Assembly (NCBI GenBank): GCA_041738295.1
Contig: JBGSQC010000157.1
Span: forward strand, 265 to 64,264
Length of the DNA: 64,000 nucleotides
Direction of reading: 5' to 3'
Origin: Zhengella sp.
Lineage (GTDB): Bacteria; Pseudomonadota; Alphaproteobacteria; Rhizobiales; Rhizobiaceae
Position numbers and translations under genes: made by a program. The notes beneath the pieces are model-generated. The model ran no database searches. It was not told where the DNA came from and saw only the letters and a list, made by a program, of their open reading frames with translations. Shown here piece after piece: positions 61,478 to 64,000 of this stretch; the stretch's first letter is position 1, and each line of letters opens with the position of its first letter.

Positions 61478-62110
61478 CTATCCGGACAGGCCGGCAATTG
61501 CCTTTTCAAGCACCGGCAGGAAGCCTTCCACCATGCGTTCAACGCCGCCGGCATTGGGATGCATGCCATCGGCGAGCTGCAGGGCAGGTGTTGCCGCCAC
61601 GCCATCGAGGAAGAACGGGTAAAGCGCCAGACCATGCTTTTCAGCCAGTTCCGGATAGATCGGATTGAAGGCCTTGGCATAGTCCTCGCCCATGTTGGGC
61701 GGGGCCAGCATGCCGGCCAGCACAACGGTGATGCCGCGCGCCTTCAAGTTGACAATCATGGTCTCGAGGTTCTTGCGCGTGATGTCGGGTGAAATGCCGC
61801 GCAGGGCGTCATTGGCACCCAATTCCAGAATGACTATGTCGGTGCCGTCGGCAACGGACCAGTCGAGCCTCGACAGGCCGCCACTTGACGTGTCACCCGA
61901 CACGCCTGCATTGGCGACTTCCGCCGCGATCCCTTTGCCGTCGAGTGCCTTCTGCAATTGCGGGACAAATCCCTCGTCAGGCCCGAGCTGGTAGCCTGCC
62001 ATCAGGCTGTCGCCGAAGCCGACAATGCGCAAAGGAGCGGCTTGCAGGGGCACCAAGCTCAGGGCGAGCAGAAACAAGGATAACATTGCCGCGAGGGGTT
62101 TGAATGGCAT
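61478..62110 (-). CDS. tesA: Arylesterase/acyl-CoA thioesterase I (SGNH)
   Basis: GDSLMAGY, NAGVSGDT, ELGAND, DGMHPN. Confidence 0.9.
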   Translation of the reverse strand: MPFKPLAAMLSLFLLALSLVPLQAAPLRIVGFGDSLMAGYQLGPDEGFVPQLQKALDGKGIAAEVANAGVSGDTSSGGLSRLDWSVADGTDIVILELGANDALRGISPDITRKNLETMIVNLKARGITVVLAGMLAPPNMGEDYAKAFNPIYPELAEKHGLALYPFFLDGVAATPALQLADGMHPNAGGVERMVEGFLPVLEKAIAGLSG

Positions 62111-62169
62111 GCGTGATGTCCCATATGCTGGAGAACCGTTTTCAGCCCATCATATAGGACGAACCTGCC

Positions 62170-62865
62170 GTGACCCAAGCTGCCATCGCCCTTCACGACG
62201 TTTCCCTTACGCTTGGCGATGGGGCTTCTCGCGTCCATGTGCTGAAGGAAGTCAATCTCGCCATTGCCGCCGGTGAGACGGTGGGCATTGTCGGACCGTC
62301 AGGCTCTGGCAAATCGACCCTGCTCATGGTGATTGGCGGGCTGGAGCGGATCGATGCCGGAGCCGTGGTGATTGACGGAACAAGCATTCATGACAAGTCT
62401 GAGGACCAGGTGGCGGCCTTTCGCGGTGCCAATATCGGCATTGTGTTCCAGTCCTTCCATCTCATTCCCAACATGACGGCGCTGGAAAATGTCGCGGTGC
62501 CGCTGGAGCTGGCCGGACGGCGCGACGCCTTCGAGGTGGCGAGGCGCGAACTCACCGCCGTCGGTCTTGGCGAGCGCGTCACCCACTATCCAGGCGAACT
62601 CTCGGGCGGTGAGCAGTAGCGCGTGGCGATTGCCCGGGCGCTGGCGCCGGAGCCGAAAATCCTGATCGCCGACGAGCCCACCGGCAATCTCGATGAACGC
62701 ACCGGCAAGGTGGTTTCAGATCTTTTGTTCTCCAAGGCGCGCGAACGCGGCATGACGCTGGTGCTGGTCACCCATGATCCTTCGCTTGCCGCCCAGTGTT
62801 CCCGGCAGGTGGAAATGCATTCCGGCCGGATGTCTCCGGTCAAGGCCGGAACGGTGGCTGCATGA
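62170..62865 (+). pseudogene. ybbA: YbbA-like ABC ATP-binding protein with an internal amber stop at 62617-62619
   Basis: GPSGSGKST...LSGGEQ*RVAIARAL...ADEPTGNLD...VTHD in one frame; TAG sits where a Gln is expected. Could be a sequence error. Confidence 0.8.
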
Positions 62866-64000
62866 CTTTGTCTTCTGTAACGCCTCCATCCTCCGGACTG
62901 GTTCAACAGGCAAGGCTTGCGCTCAGGTTCGCGCTCCGGGAACTGCGCGGAGGCCTGTCCGGCTTCGGCATTTTCATCGCCTGCATCGCGCTTGGTACCG
63001 GGGCCATTGGCGGGGTCAATTCGGTGGCCGATGCGATCACCCAGGGCGTGGCGAGCGAAGGCCGGACCCTATTGGGCGGTGACATCCGCTTCCAGCTGAA
63101 CCAGCGCGAAGCAAGCGAGGCTGAAGCACGGTTCCTTGAAGGTCTCGGCCCTGTTGCTGCCAGCGCCTCCATGCGCTCCATGGTCCGTCTGGCCGACGGA
63201 TCGGACCAGACGCTGGCCGAGGTCAAGGCGGTGGATGGTTCTTATCCGCTGGCAGGAACATTGGTGACCGAGCCGCAGCTTTCCGGTGAGGCGCTATACG
63301 GCGAGCGCGACGGCGCGTTCGGGGCCGCTGCCCCGCAGTTGCTGTTTGACCGGCTCAATCTCAAGACCGGCGACAAGGTCCGCCTCGGCAGTGCCACTTT
63401 TGAAATGCGCGCCGTGCTCGTCACCGAGCCCGATCTGGTGTCCGACGGCTTCGGCTTTGCGCCGCGCCTGCTGGTGTCGCTCGAAGCCTTGCGCGCATCC
63501 GGCCTCATCCAGCCCGGCAGCCTGGTCGAGCATGCCTACAAGGTGGACCTTGGAGCCAACAATGCCCCTTCACGCATTGCCGCCATTCGCAAGGAAGCTG
63601 GGGAAAAATTCCCCGAGGCCGGCTGGTCGATCCGCGACAGCGCCAACGCTGCGCCGGCGCTTGCTGCCAATATCGAGCGCTTCTCGCAGTTTCTGACATT
63701 GGTCGGACTCACCGCGCTGGTGGTCGGCGGTGTTGGCGTTGCCAATGCAGTTCGCGCCTGGCTCGAAACCAAGCGCGGCGTCATTGCCACCTTCAAATGC
63801 CTTGGCGCTTCGGGTGGCTTTGTCTTCCTCGTCTACCTGTTCCAGATCCTGATCCTTGCCGGCGCCGGCATTGTGATCGGCCTCGTGCTGGCAGCGCTGA
63901 TGCCGGAACTGGCCGCAAGTGCGCTGGCTTCCGTATTGCCGGTTCCGATGGAAGGCGGTCTTCATACCGCAGCCCTGGCGCTGGCCGCGCTCTACGGCCT
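62862..64000 (+). CDS. ybbP: YbbP-like FtsX-family ABC permease, truncated by the window edge
   Basis: ALRELRGGLSGFGIFIACIALG, LLGGD, VKAVDGSYPLAG, LVVGGVGVANAV, IATFKCLGA; ATG overlaps the ybbA stop. Confidence 0.88.
   Translation, partial: MTLSSVTPPSSGLVQQARLALRFALRELRGGLSGFGIFIACIALGTGAIGGVNSVADAITQGVASEGRTLLGGDIRFQLNQREASEAEARFLEGLGPVAASASMRSMVRLADGSDQTLAEVKAVDGSYPLAGTLVTEPQLSGEALYGERDGAFGAAAPQLLFDRLNLKTGDKVRLGSATFEMRAVLVTEPDLVSDGFGFAPRLLVSLEALRASGLIQPGSLVEHAYKVDLGANNAPSRIAAIRKEAGEKFPEAGWSIRDSANAAPALAANIERFSQFLTLVGLTALVVGGVGVANAVRAWLETKRGVIATFKCLGASGGFVFLVYLFQILILAGAGIVIGLVLAALMPELAASALASVLPVPMEGGLHTAALALAALYG

Overview
Core chromosomal segment of a high-GC Rhizobiales-type alphaproteobacterium that spans the probable replication origin. 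Gene order: coaA-hisE-hisF-[orphan ORF]-hisA-hisH-hisB, hslV-GNAT-hslU, smr-mltA-tim44, fxsA-secB, dnaQ-coaE-aroE-maf-PPDK regulator, then oriC (DnaA boxes and a GANTC cluster), hemE-hemJ-rho-mnmE-mnmG-rsmG-parA-parB with six parS palindromes, holA, tRNA-Gly(GCC), cnoX cluster, a DUF4153 plus two-component cassette, leuD/leuB/asd, dcp, MarR-MFS, argG, rlmN, thpR and tesA-ybbA-ybbP. I saw no CRISPR array, transposase, integrase or prophage. The most unusual structure is in the his operon. hisA and hisF are each preceded by a diverged copy of their own first 14-15 codons fused to the same ~33-bp hairpin element. Each fusion forms a 37-aa ORF whose stop codon overlaps the start of the real gene. 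The hisF 3' end is also triplicated with a 27-bp period. Other points: an unannotated Thr/Lys/Met-rich leader peptide before asd, an amber stop inside the ABC signature region of ybbA, holA detached from leuS-lptE, and candidate CtrA, PhaR and RpoH sites. Products were assigned by eye from motifs and gene context; no database search was run.
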